Origin: Spirochaetia bacterium UBA2205
GTDB taxonomy: Bacteria; Spirochaetota; UBA4802; UB4802
Assembly (NCBI GenBank): GCA_002328585.1
Contig: DCUV01000060.1
Location: 72,482-136,481, forward strand
DNA length: 64,000 bases
Direction of reading: 5' to 3'
The notes below the pieces were generated by a model. It searched no databases and was not told the origin of the DNA. It worked only from the letters and a program-made list of their open reading frames with translations. Positions 1 through 9,692 of this stretch are shown here, one piece after another; within the stretch, counting starts at the first letter, position 1, and the number at the start of each line of letters is the position of its first letter. A program made the position numbers and the translations under genes.

Positions 1-1578
1 GTCATTTGACTTAATAAAATCGATGACCTTTTTTGATTTCAGAGTAGTTCCTTCAACCAATTTGCAATTAGGGCACCAGTCTGCAGTAAAAATTATCATT
101 GATACATGGGAACTATTATTATGAACTATCGCATCCCAATCCAATTGTTTCAAAGGTATTCTGGATACAGATGGTTTTGTAGTAAAGAGCATTAACCCTG
201 ATATTATAACAATTGCCAAAAGAATAATAAATGAAATGATACGATGTATTAGCGGTCGGGCTATATTTCCAAATATTCCCCATTGCCATAATCCTAACGA
301 AAGCAGCAGAATAAACCATAATGCCTGCGTAAGGGCTGTTATATCAAGGAGGGTTATCAGGTAAATTGAGGTTGCAACAAGCAAAAAACCCATGCATTGT
401 TCAAAAATAATCATCCATTCGCCAGGTTTAGGGATAAAACGAACAAGTGATGGATACATAGCAAGGATTAGATAGGGAAGTGACATCCCTATACCAATAT
501 TGATAAATATCATAAAGATTACTATAGGATGTTGTGTTAATGTCCATGTTAGTATAGCTCCTAAAAATGGTCCACTGCAGGGGGTAGCCAGAATGGTAGC
601 GAGGACTCCTTTAAAGTAACTATCGATATAAGGATTGGCACTTTGCAATTTAGAAGGAAGCGAAGGAACATTAAAGGTATAGATGCCAAAAAAAGATAAT
701 GCCATTGAAAATATAATGGCAGCCATTAGTATAATAAATGTTTTATGTTGAAAAAGTTCGCCCCAGTTGTAACCAGCAAAAGCTGCTAATGCTGCTAAAA
801 TAATGAAGGATGTTAAAACCCCAAGGGTAAAAAGCAACCCCATACTTTTTATCTTTCGGGGATTATTATTTGCATATGATACAAAACTAAATAGTTTCAG
901 ACTTATTACTGGTAATACACATGGCATAAAATTAAGTATAAATCCTGCTATAATCCCAAAGATGATGGCATGGAATATCCCTATTGATGAATTCCCCATA
1001 TCGATAGCATTGAATGTGTAATTATTGTGTGATTGTTCAAGGTATGTTATTTGTTGCGGTTCTTTATACGGTGCTATGTGCGATTTTGGCAAATCGGCTG
1101 CATCTTTTTTCACTTTAATTTTTTGGGTGATAGTTCCAGTAATGGGTGTACAGGAACTATCGTTGCACAGTAATGCATCAATAGAAATAGTAAACGAATA
1201 TAATCCTTCACGATTGGTTTTGACTGTAAAAGGGATACACAATGAGGTCTGGTTTTTATAGATATACACCGGCTTGTTATCTATGGGTGATATGTGCATC
1301 GTTCCGGGAAGATAGCGGGTACTGCTTAACTCTATGGGATCATGGGTTGTAGCTTTAGCAACAAGTGGTTTCCCTGTTCCTTTACCTTTAGGGTTTGCAT
1401 AGATATAGCCATTTCCATTGATAGTGAGATTAATAATTGCATAAGCTTCAGTATGTGGCTTAACATAGAGTATGCTACTTTGTGGCTGTATGGTCACATC
1501 TTCTGCAAAAGCATGAATTGCAGATAATAATATACTGAATAGTATTATAAAAATTTTCACAAATGGTTTGTATAGCAT
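1..1578 (-). CDS. dsbD: Thiol:disulfide interchange protein DsbD (partial, 3' end beyond window start). Not in the ORF track because no stop lies inside the window.
   Basis: Manual minus-strand translation from the ATG at 1578 is continuous to position 1. It shows a signal peptide, a DsbD-alpha-like periplasmic domain (..LLCNDSSCTP..), a CcdA/DsbD transmembrane core (FMPCVLPV.., ATPCSGPFLG) and the start of a C-terminal thioredoxin domain (DWCPNC). Confidence 0.8.
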   Translation of the reverse strand, partial: MLYKPFVKIFIILFSILLSAIHAFAEDVTIQPQSSILYVKPHTEAYAIINLTINGNGYIYANPKGKGTGKPLVAKATTHDPIELSSTRYLPGTMHISPIDNKPVYIYKNQTSLCIPFTVKTNREGLYSFTISIDALLCNDSSCTPITGTITQKIKVKKDAADLPKSHIAPYKEPQQITYLEQSHNNYTFNAIDMGNSSIGIFHAIIFGIIAGFILNFMPCVLPVISLKLFSFVSYANNNPRKIKSMGLLFTLGVLTSFIILAALAAFAGYNWGELFQHKTFIILMAAIIFSMALSFFGIYTFNVPSLPSKLQSANPYIDSYFKGVLATILATPCSGPFLGAILTWTLTQHPIVIFMIFINIGIGMSLPYLILAMYPSLVRFIPKPGEWMIIFEQCMGFLLVATSIYLITLLDITALTQALWFILLLSLGLWQWGIFGNIARPLIHRIISFIILLAIVIISGLMLFTTKPSVSRIPLKQLDWDAIVHNNSSHVSMIIFTADWCPNCKLVEGTTLKSKKVIDFIKSND

Positions 1579-1767
1579 GCTGTTTTCCTCAATAATATAA
1601 GGGGCTCTTTGAGCGTCCTTGTTGACACAAACTATCAATAATACCACTTTATTTCACCATGACAATCAGATGAAAAAAATGTTTCAAGGGATCATGTTAT
1701 TAAGAATATAGCAAAAATTGCCGATATTGCAAATAGAAATTAGTAAAGGCACAAAGGAGGGTGTCCT

Positions 1768-1938
1768 ATGATGGCGCAACAAATTACAGTAGTAGAACAA
1801 AGCATCGAACAGCTTAACAACCTGTTAAAAGGACTTGCTGCAGTAAGAACAGGATTAAGTGAGAAGCTTGTAGAAGTCAATGTTAAGGAACAGGGAAGGA
1901 TAGAAGGATTAGGAACAATTATTGATAGCTATCAGTAA
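1768..1938 (+). CDS. Small hypothetical protein (56 aa, MMAQQITVVEQSIEQLNNLLKGL...), below the ORF-track length cutoff
   Basis: Strong SD AAAGGAGGG 7-8 nt upstream of the ATG. Clean ORF in an intergenic gap. No family recognised. Confidence 0.45.
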   Translation: MMAQQITVVEQSIEQLNNLLKGLAAVRTGLSEKLVEVNVKEQGRIEGLGTIIDSYQ

Positions 1939-2563
1939 AAAAAGGTAGTGACTATGTATTTAGTATGCTTCTTTTTGGCATTGATATCTTTTACAATTTT
2001 TGCAACAATATCGCTGATGATTTCATGGGTCAATCTTAGTGTTTTAATAGGATGATAGAACAAATAGAAGAACGAGCAAATATTATCACACCACATGGCA
2101 CCATACACACCTTGTCTTTTTATGTATCTCCCAATCAAACCCTGATATAGGAATAAAGCTTCATGTTCAGTGATTTTCCCTTCTATAATTTAATTTCTCT
2201 CTCTGTTACCGCTTAACTTTAATCCAATTCTACATTTGTATTAATTTGTTTGCAAGTATATTGTTCATATTGCCACTTTTACTATGATAGTTGAAAATAT
2301 CTAAAAACGGTAAACATCAATGTGTTCCAATGGTATGGTAATTATTATAATTTTTCATTGAATGAAATGGTATTGCATAAAAACTTCTAAAAATTAGATT
2401 TTGACGTTGCCTTGTTGGTGTAAATATTATAAATATTAATTACGATGCTTGATTAAATTGTTAATAATTGCAACCCGATTATTAGAGGTATCAATAAATT
2501 GATGTTGACAGATAGTATATATACCATAATGTATACTTAATAAAAGAAAGGGTAAATGTTAAT

Positions 2564-3196
2564 ATGAAACAAAAATTATTAATCATCACAGTAGGATTAT
2601 TACTTTTATGCCAGACTATTTTTGCTGCTAACACGGAGATAAACGGGACATTGGGGACATCATATGCAGATAATCCCTCAAAGTATGGACTTGACATTTC
2701 ATTACATTATAATTGGTTATTAGATCCTTATTTTTTGACAGGATTGGAATCCGGTTTTTTCTGGGTTCAGTGGGATAGAAAAATTGGTGTAAAGCAAGAA
2801 GGTTCAGTCTATGTGGATGTTAAGGCTGATTCGAACGCATATACGATTCCTATAATGTTTAATGCTCAGGTTCGATTGCCCAATCTGCAAAGTAAATTAT
2901 ATGTTGTTCCATTTGCAACAGTTGGATTTGGTTACTCATTTATGATATTGCATTATTCACGCCCTGATTTTACTGATTCAAGTACGGGGAAGACATATGA
3001 TTCGGATTCAATTACTAAACTTTTTAAAGGGCTTTCATGGGAGTTACTTTTTGGTGCTTCATTAAAACCTGCAACCGATTCCAAAGTTGATTTTTATGCT
3101 GAATGTGGTTATCGCAAATTGCCGCTGAAAAGTGGTGATCTGGAACTGGATATGTCTGGTTTTTTACTTAGATTCGGGGTAAGATATCCATTGTAG
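2564..3196 (+). CDS. Outer-membrane beta-barrel protein with signal peptide (OmpA-like or porin-like barrel)
   Basis: N-terminal signal peptide (LLLCQTIFAAN). Alternating amphipathic strands rich in Y, G, F and W. C-terminal ..GVRYPL. Confidence 0.55.
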   Translation: MKQKLLIITVGLLLLCQTIFAANTEINGTLGTSYADNPSKYGLDISLHYNWLLDPYFLTGLESGFFWVQWDRKIGVKQEGSVYVDVKADSNAYTIPIMFNAQVRLPNLQSKLYVVPFATVGFGYSFMILHYSRPDFTDSSTGKTYDSDSITKLFKGLSWELLFGASLKPATDSKVDFYAECGYRKLPLKSGDLELDMSGFLLRFGVRYPL

Positions 3197-3293
3197 CATT
3201 AGTAATGTAATAATGTGGAAAGTTTTAAAGTTCTTGACTTTATATATGCCATTATTTTTAGTTTTGTAATACCAATGAACATGTGGGGTTAAT

Positions 3294-4238
3294 ATGGTAC
3301 CTACAGCATATTTGTTTGATCCTGTTTATATGGATCATGATACAGGGTGGGGACATCCTGAGCGCCCTGAGCGCCTGGCGGCAATAGATCAGAAATTACG
3401 TCAGCAACCATACTATAAATCACTGATTAAAGTAGAGCCTAAAATTGGTGCAAAACGATATATTGAGCTGGTACATTCGCCAGATTATGTTAAGCGAGTG
3501 AAAGAAGAGATAGAATCAGGGGTCCACTATCTGGATTCAATGGATACTGCAGTATGCAAAAGGTCATATGAAGTGGCATTGTTAGCTGTAGGTGGCAGCC
3601 TTAATATGTGTGATGCTATAATCTCTGGAGAGGCAATCAGAGGGTTTTGTGCAGCAAGACCTCCGGGACACCATGCTGAGTATGATTATGCGGCAGGTTT
3701 CTGCATTTTTAATAATATTGCAATTGCAGCAAAATATCTCCAGGTAGAACATGGAATAAATAAAATAGCCATTGTTGATTGGGATGTCCATCATGGGAAT
3801 GGTACTCAACACACATTTGAGCGGGATAGAAATGTATTGTATATTAGTACACATCAGTACCCACATTTTCCAGGAACGGGAGCTCGTAGTGAACGGGGAA
3901 AAGGGGAAGGTGAAGGGTATACATTGAATTTTCCTATGCCTGCAGGGAGTGGTGATCCTGAATATATGGATGTGTTTGAAAATCATATTGTTCCGGCACT
4001 TATGAAGTTTGAACCTGAAATAGTTTTAATATCAGCAGGTTTTGATGCGCACAATGCTGATCCTTTATCATACATAGGACTTTCCACTGAAGCATACTAC
4101 AAATTTACGGTGCTTATCAAGCAAGCTGCTAATGAGTACAGTGGCGGAAGAATGATTGCCTTTTTAGAAGGCGGCTATGATTTAGAAGCTTTAGCCAACA
4201 GTGTAGATATGATGATGAGAGCATTCATTGAGGATTAA
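3294..4238 (+). CDS. Histone deacetylase-family protein (acetoin utilisation AcuC / deacetylase superfamily)
   Basis: HDAC signature motifs (DWDVHHGNGTQ, charge-relay His pair RPPGHHA, zinc ligands D..H..D, GGGY). Confidence 0.8.
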   Translation: MVPTAYLFDPVYMDHDTGWGHPERPERLAAIDQKLRQQPYYKSLIKVEPKIGAKRYIELVHSPDYVKRVKEEIESGVHYLDSMDTAVCKRSYEVALLAVGGSLNMCDAIISGEAIRGFCAARPPGHHAEYDYAAGFCIFNNIAIAAKYLQVEHGINKIAIVDWDVHHGNGTQHTFERDRNVLYISTHQYPHFPGTGARSERGKGEGEGYTLNFPMPAGSGDPEYMDVFENHIVPALMKFEPEIVLISAGFDAHNADPLSYIGLSTEAYYKFTVLIKQAANEYSGGRMIAFLEGGYDLEALANSVDMMMRAFIED

Positions 4239-4295
4239 CCTTGTTTAAATGCCATGAAGTTTTAGTCAGATAAACTACGAATGGCTACAGTGTAG

Positions 4296-4490
4296 TCGCC
4301 GACGGTTTGGTAAGATCACTATCCAGGGAAGAAAATGTTTGGCGATAGTTATCCTGAATACTGAACTGGCTACAGACAAGGATTGTTTCAGAGTGGCAGT
4401 TGTGTTCAATGGTTTATGATAAGATCCTGCCATGGCGGCAGTCCATGTCTTAGAATGATATTGAGGAGATAATTCTATTTTCGGAAGGCC
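4296..4490 (+). repeat. Degenerate copy A of the dispersed intergenic repeat family (see findings)
   Basis: Shares GAAGAAAATGTTTGGCGATAGTTATCCTGAATA with the 5' part of copy B, and the 3' signature ..GAATGA..ATAATTCTATTTTCGGAAGG with copies B, C and D. Confidence 0.45.
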
Positions 4491-4882
4491 GATACCGTAT
4501 TGTACTAAGAAGGATATCCCAACGATAGATGCTATAAATAGATAAATAGATTAATAACAAATAAATACCGATACTTAAAACAATAAAAATTCTGCTGAAT
4601 TGCTGTCAGTGTAAATTATTTAAATCTCTATTTTACCAGGACATGTTTTGTATAAGTAGGGGTTGGAGATGAAATAGTATTCTATTTTGTTAATTATCGA
4701 ATTACAATATTATGTGCTATTTAGTAAATATATAAATAAAAATTAAATTAAATAAATATTCAAAAGTATGAAAGCATAATGGAGCACATTATAACGATTA
4801 TGTTAGAAATTAATTGTAAAAAAAATTTATTAATAATTTCGTAAAAAAGTTGTAATATAAAACTGGTGTGTGGTAGAATTGA

Positions 4883-4901
4883 AACATAACACTGTTATGT
4901 T
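4883..4901. promoter_or_regulatory. Perfect inverted repeat AACATAAC-act-GTTATGTT immediately 5' of the fadH-like gene RBS, a candidate operator
   Basis: Seen directly in sequence: 8-bp arms with a 3-bp spacer, ending 4 nt before AAGGAGGG. Confidence 0.3.
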
Positions 4902-4912
4902 AAGGAGGGTAT

Positions 4913-6934
4913 ATGTATCCGCTTCTTTTTACACCAATAACCATTAATACATTACAGATTAAAAATAGAATTGCATATCCTGCGTTAGGATTACTTTATT
5001 CATATGATAGCTTATTAAATGACAGGTATTATGAATATTTCAGGGAAAAGGCTCAAGGTGGAGCTGGCCTTGTAACAGTGGGTCCAGTGGGGATTGATAT
5101 AGCAGGTTCAGGTATGATGGCATTGTCATTAGCTGATGACGATAAAATACCGTCCTTTAAAAAATTAACAACAATAATAAAAAGTGAAGGAGCACAAACC
5201 TTTGTGCAACTATTTCACGCTGGGGCTTATTCATATTCAAAACTTACCAATGATGTTCAACCTATTGCTCCGTCAAGTGTATATTCAAAATATTCAAAGC
5301 AAGTCCCCCGCGAGATGACACTTGAAGATATAGAGATGGTTCAAACAGCGTTTGTTAAAGCTGCGTTGCGGGCAAAGGAAGCAGGGTTTGATGGGATTGA
5401 AATCATTGCTTCAGCAGGGTATCTGATTACCCAGTTTCTATCGCCCATAACAAATAAACGAACAGACCACTATGGAGGTTCTTTTGAAAACAGGGTACGG
5501 TTCCCCCGTGAGGTAATAGAAAAAGTAAGAAAAGCTGTTGGTTTTGATTTCCCTCTTGGTATTAGAATGGCAGGGAATGATTTTGTTAAAGGCAGCAATA
5601 CGGATAGAGAAACCCCTCTGTTTGCAAAAGTTTATGAAGATGCTGGCGTTGATATCATAAATGTAACAGGTGGCTGGCATGAAGCTAAAATTCCACAATT
5701 GCCCATGGAATTACCTAGGATGGGATATGCTTATCTGGCGGCTACTATAAAAAAAGCAGTACATGTTCCGGTAATGGCTTCCAATAGGATAGCTACTCCT
5801 GAAGGAGCTGAAAAGATTTTGCGTGATAGCATGGCGGATATGGTTAATCTGGGACGTGTTTTGATTGCAGATCCTTATTGGCCAACAAAAGCTAAAGAGG
5901 GGAAAACAAATCTTATACGCCCGTGTGTTGGATGCAATCAGGGCTGTACTGATACATTATTTAGCGGGATGCCAGTAGGATGTGTAGTAAATGCCCGGGC
6001 AGGATACGAAGGTGCGCGCAATATAAAGAAAACAGATACTCCTCTCAGGATTATGGTCATAGGTGCGGGTCCTGGTGGGTTAGAAGCTGCAGTGCGAGCA
6101 AAAGAAGCAGGGCATGAGGTTGAATTGCATGAAATGTCAACTGATATTGGGGGGCAATTATGGATAGCTGCAGCACCACCTCATAAACATGAACTATTGG
6201 AGATTATACGATATTATCGTGCAATGGTGGAACATTTTGGTATCCCTGTATTTTATAATACTGCAATGACTGTGGAATTGATTAAAGAAAAAAATCCCGA
6301 TCATATCATTGTTGCAACGGGTGCTGAAGCGTTAATGCCACCTATTGAAGGGATTGGATTGCCACATGTTTATTCTGCATGGGATATATTACATAAAGAT
6401 CCTGTATTGGGAGAGAATGTTGCCGTTATTGGTGGGGGTGCGGTTGGCATTGAAACCGCACTGTTCATTGCTAATAAGGGGACAATATCTCCTGAAATTC
6501 TTCATTTTTTGATGTTTTTTGATGCTGAACCTGTTGACCGATTGAAAGAATTGATTACTCAGGGTACAAGCAAGGTTACAATCATTGAAATGCTACCATC
6601 TATTGGTAAAGATGTGGGACGATCAACGCGCTGGATTCTAAATACTGAACTGGAAAAATTTGGTGTAACCGTAATGACATCGGCAAAGGTTATTGAACTT
6701 ACCAATCATGATGTCATTTTTGAAAAAGAAAATACAATGCAAAAGATTCCAGTTGATAATGTTGTAATTGCTGTTGGTTCAAAACCAGTTAACTCATTGC
6801 TGGGGCAAATTGAAAAATGCGGAATTCAATATACAGCAATTGGTGATTGCAAAAAGATTGGTAAGATCAATGATGCAATCCATGAAGGATTCATGGCTAT
6901 TGTTAATTTGCAGAAAGAGGTAGTGAAAATATAA
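4913..6934 (+). CDS. fadH: 2,4-dienoyl-CoA reductase-like NADH:flavin oxidoreductase (OYE TIM barrel, 4Fe-4S, FAD/NAD(P)-binding domain)
   Basis: Old-yellow-enzyme N-terminal barrel, CVGCNQGC iron-sulfur motif, C-terminal GAGPGG and GGGAVG dinucleotide folds, 673 aa. Confidence 0.75.
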   Translation: MYPLLFTPITINTLQIKNRIAYPALGLLYSYDSLLNDRYYEYFREKAQGGAGLVTVGPVGIDIAGSGMMALSLADDDKIPSFKKLTTIIKSEGAQTFVQLFHAGAYSYSKLTNDVQPIAPSSVYSKYSKQVPREMTLEDIEMVQTAFVKAALRAKEAGFDGIEIIASAGYLITQFLSPITNKRTDHYGGSFENRVRFPREVIEKVRKAVGFDFPLGIRMAGNDFVKGSNTDRETPLFAKVYEDAGVDIINVTGGWHEAKIPQLPMELPRMGYAYLAATIKKAVHVPVMASNRIATPEGAEKILRDSMADMVNLGRVLIADPYWPTKAKEGKTNLIRPCVGCNQGCTDTLFSGMPVGCVVNARAGYEGARNIKKTDTPLRIMVIGAGPGGLEAAVRAKEAGHEVELHEMSTDIGGQLWIAAAPPHKHELLEIIRYYRAMVEHFGIPVFYNTAMTVELIKEKNPDHIIVATGAEALMPPIEGIGLPHVYSAWDILHKDPVLGENVAVIGGGAVGIETALFIANKGTISPEILHFLMFFDAEPVDRLKELITQGTSKVTIIEMLPSIGKDVGRSTRWILNTELEKFGVTVMTSAKVIELTNHDVIFEKENTMQKIPVDNVVIAVGSKPVNSLLGQIEKCGIQYTAIGDCKKIGKINDAIHEGFMAIVNLQKEVVKI

Positions 6935-6975
6935 AGTATGATAAGGAGCGGTGCTTATCACCGCTCCTTACACAT

Positions 6976-8775
6976 CTACTCATCTTTATACATGGCATCT
7001 ATGATGTCTTTGTATTTGTCAGCTATAGCTTTTCGTTTAATTTTTAGTGTTGGTGTAATTTCTCCTGATTCTACGGTAAACTCATGAGGGAGAAGCGTAA
7101 ATCTCTTAATCTTTTCAAATCGGGCTAATTCTTTTTGTGCTTCTTCTATTCTTTGTCTGTAAAATTCGATAATCTCAGGCTTCGATATGAGGTCCTCTCT
7201 GCTGGTAAAAGAGATGTTATGTGTTTTTGCATATTCTTCTAATGCAATAAATGATGGAACAATAAGAGCTGTTACATATTTACGCTGATCACCAATAACA
7301 GCCATCTGCTCAATAAAATGATCTGCACCAATAGTGCTTTCTATCATTTGTGGTGCGATATATTTACCTCCTGAAGTTTTCATAAGATCTTTAATACGTT
7401 CGGTAATCCTTAGTTCACCATTTTCCTCAATATAGCCAGCATCTCCTGTTCTGAACCAGCCATCATGGGTAAATACTTCTGAAGTGGCTTGAGGTTTTTT
7501 ATAATAACCTTTCATGACATTTCCACCGCGAACAAGAATTTCTCCGTTATTTTCATCAATCTTCACTTCAACGTGAGGAAGGGGTTTCCCAACAGCACCA
7601 AATTTAAATTTGTATGGTTCATGGCAGGTAACAGTTGCAGTTGTTTCACTTAATCCATAGCCGTAGCAAATAAATATTCCGCATGCATAAAAAAATTCTT
7701 CGATATCCTGTGATAGTGGTGCACCAGCACATGGGAAAAATTTAATTCTACCACCAACCACTTCACGAATCTTTTTTAATACAAGTGTATCAGCAATAGC
7801 AAATTTAAAACGCAAAAATGGCGGAATAAACTGTTGATCCTTTTTCTTGTTATTATGTTTTGCACCAACTGATACTGCCCAATTAAATAATTTTCGCTTC
7901 AATGGAGAGGCAGATTCAAGCTGGTTAAAGACTGTTGCATAAATCTTTTCATAAAATCGTGGAACGGCACACATGATTGTTGGTTTTACTTCCTGGATGC
8001 ATTCAATAATCTTTCCAGGATCTTCTAAATAGTTATTTGTCATGCCGGTTGCAAAGACATAGTATGTCCAGATACGTTCAAAGACATGGCTCAATGGCAA
8101 AAAGGCCAAAGAAACATCATTGTCATTGGGATCAATCAATCGCAGGTCATGCTCACCTTTTTGAAATATTACATTGGAATGGGTTAGCATAACACCTTTT
8201 GGCTCACCAGTCGTACCTGATGTATAAATTAAGGTTAGTAAATCGTCAATTTTCGCTTTTTGCATTCGTTCTGATAGAATAGTATCTTTATTTGATTGCT
8301 CACCAATTTTTAAAAAATCTTTAAAATACATTATTTTTTCAGATTTTTGTATTGGGACACTTTCTTTGAAGACAATTATTTTTTGTAAATGTTTGTTTTC
8401 AGGAAGTATTTGCATTATTTTTGAATATTGTTCAGCATCTCCGACAAATAGTACTTTGATCTCCGCATCGTTGATGATATATTCGGCCTGTTTGGCGGTA
8501 TTGGTGGCATAAATAGGAACAGGGATGCCACGGATACATAGTGATGCAATATCCGCTACTGTCCATAAGGGCATGTTTTGAGAAAAAATACCAACGGTTT
8601 CTTGCTCTCCGATTCCACATTCCAGCAATGCTTTGCTTGTGTTACGCACTAAATCACCAAATTGATTCCATGATATTTCTTCCCATTTATCCTTTGGTTT
8701 ATAACGCATAGCAACTCTATCGCCGTATTTATTGACCTGATCTAAGAATACTTGAGAATAATGTGTGTAATTCAT
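6976..8775 (-). CDS. Long-chain-fatty-acid--CoA ligase (AMP-binding ANL family)
   Basis: AMP-binding motifs YTSGTTGEPKGV, GYGLSETT, and GWFRTGDAGYIEENGELRITERIKDLMKTSGGKYIAP. Confidence 0.85.
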   Translation of the reverse strand: MNYTHYSQVFLDQVNKYGDRVAMRYKPKDKWEEISWNQFGDLVRNTSKALLECGIGEQETVGIFSQNMPLWTVADIASLCIRGIPVPIYATNTAKQAEYIINDAEIKVLFVGDAEQYSKIMQILPENKHLQKIIVFKESVPIQKSEKIMYFKDFLKIGEQSNKDTILSERMQKAKIDDLLTLIYTSGTTGEPKGVMLTHSNVIFQKGEHDLRLIDPNDNDVSLAFLPLSHVFERIWTYYVFATGMTNNYLEDPGKIIECIQEVKPTIMCAVPRFYEKIYATVFNQLESASPLKRKLFNWAVSVGAKHNNKKKDQQFIPPFLRFKFAIADTLVLKKIREVVGGRIKFFPCAGAPLSQDIEEFFYACGIFICYGYGLSETTATVTCHEPYKFKFGAVGKPLPHVEVKIDENNGEILVRGGNVMKGYYKKPQATSEVFTHDGWFRTGDAGYIEENGELRITERIKDLMKTSGGKYIAPQMIESTIGADHFIEQMAVIGDQRKYVTALIVPSFIALEEYAKTHNISFTSREDLISKPEIIEFYRQRIEEAQKELARFEKIKRFTLLPHEFTVESGEITPTLKIKRKAIADKYKDIIDAMYKDE

Positions 8776-9175
8776 ATTGTTACTCCTTATATATATAAAG
8801 TTTTATAAAGCTTAATTTATTATTGTTCATTCAGATTTTAACATATAAAATATTATGAAGTCAATAATTTTTTTTGGTTTTTTTTGAAAACTATCCTATA
8901 TAGAATAGTATAAATAAATGCTGCCTTTTTCAAGTGCTGAAAATATGAAAAGAATAGTTTTATAGATATATTTCGTCAATAAGCATATTGGACATTGATT
9001 GTTTAAAAATTTATCTAAATCAATCATGTTATAAAAAATCAGTACGGATAAACATGCAATAATTAATAATACTATATTGTTTTTCTTGGTAAATGATAGA
9101 TAGTAGCATGATTTATGCTAAATATATTTGGAATTTTTGTAATTAAGTAATTGACAGGGCATATTTTATTATGCA

Positions 9176-9664
9176 TTGTATGCTGGAAAATGTTTATCAT
9201 TGGAGAATGTTGTGGGCTCATTGCTTGATTTTACAGATATTAAATATATTAAATTTTTAAAATCCAGGAATAAATATAAGGCTATAGAAGAACTTGCAGG
9301 AGTTTTTAAAGGTACTGATATCTGTTCAGATATTAAAGCATTTGTTGCTGCACTAAAAGAACGCGAAGAGATAATGACTACCGGTATAGGATTTGGTATT
9401 GCAGTACCTCATGCCAAACTGGAATCTATTCATAAAATAGCATTTGCTATTGGTATCTCTAAAAAAGGGATAGATTTTAATTCCATTGATGGAAGACCGG
9501 TACATATGGTGGTTCTGGTAGCAGCAGGTGAACGGCAACATAAAGATTATCTGAAATTATTATCAAAGATAATGTCATTGCTTAAAAATGATACTATTAG
9601 AGTGGAAATGATAAACGCTAAAAGTGCTAAAGAAATTATTAATATTTTAAGAAATGCAAAATAA
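9176..9664 (+). CDS. PTS EIIA, fructose/nitrogen-regulatory type (PtsN-like). The true start may be an internal Met.
   Basis: EIIA-2 fold with the conserved GIAVPHAK phospho-histidine motif. No EIIB or EIIC partner is adjacent. Confidence 0.7.
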   Translation: MYAGKCLSLENVVGSLLDFTDIKYIKFLKSRNKYKAIEELAGVFKGTDICSDIKAFVAALKEREEIMTTGIGFGIAVPHAKLESIHKIAFAIGISKKGIDFNSIDGRPVHMVVLVAAGERQHKDYLKLLSKIMSLLKNDTIRVEMINAKSAKEIINILRNAK

Positions 9665-9692
9665 TGACAAACATATTTTATAAAGCCTCACG

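Noticed and set aside
1932-2138. 68-aa minus-strand ORF after the small SD-equipped ORF
   Set aside because: It has no SD and no recognisable features. The 420-bp region is more likely promoter or leader sequence for the outer-membrane protein gene.
2505-2540. Sigma70-like promoter (TTGACA ... TAATGT) for the OMP gene
   Set aside because: The -10 element is poor and the spacing ambiguous. It was not listed as a feature.
3582-3986. 134-aa minus-strand ORF inside the HDAC gene. Similar antisense ORFs occur at 5438-5698, 8432-8620, 10064-10291, 12587-13135, 16137-16479, 21441-22028, 22705-22986, 24104-24511, 28871-29200, 37692-38015, 39428-39967, 49215-49790, 50060-50365, 51371-51718 and 52567-52866.
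   Set aside because: They are fully embedded antisense in well-supported protein genes, have low-complexity or odd composition, and have no SD. They are shadow ORFs.
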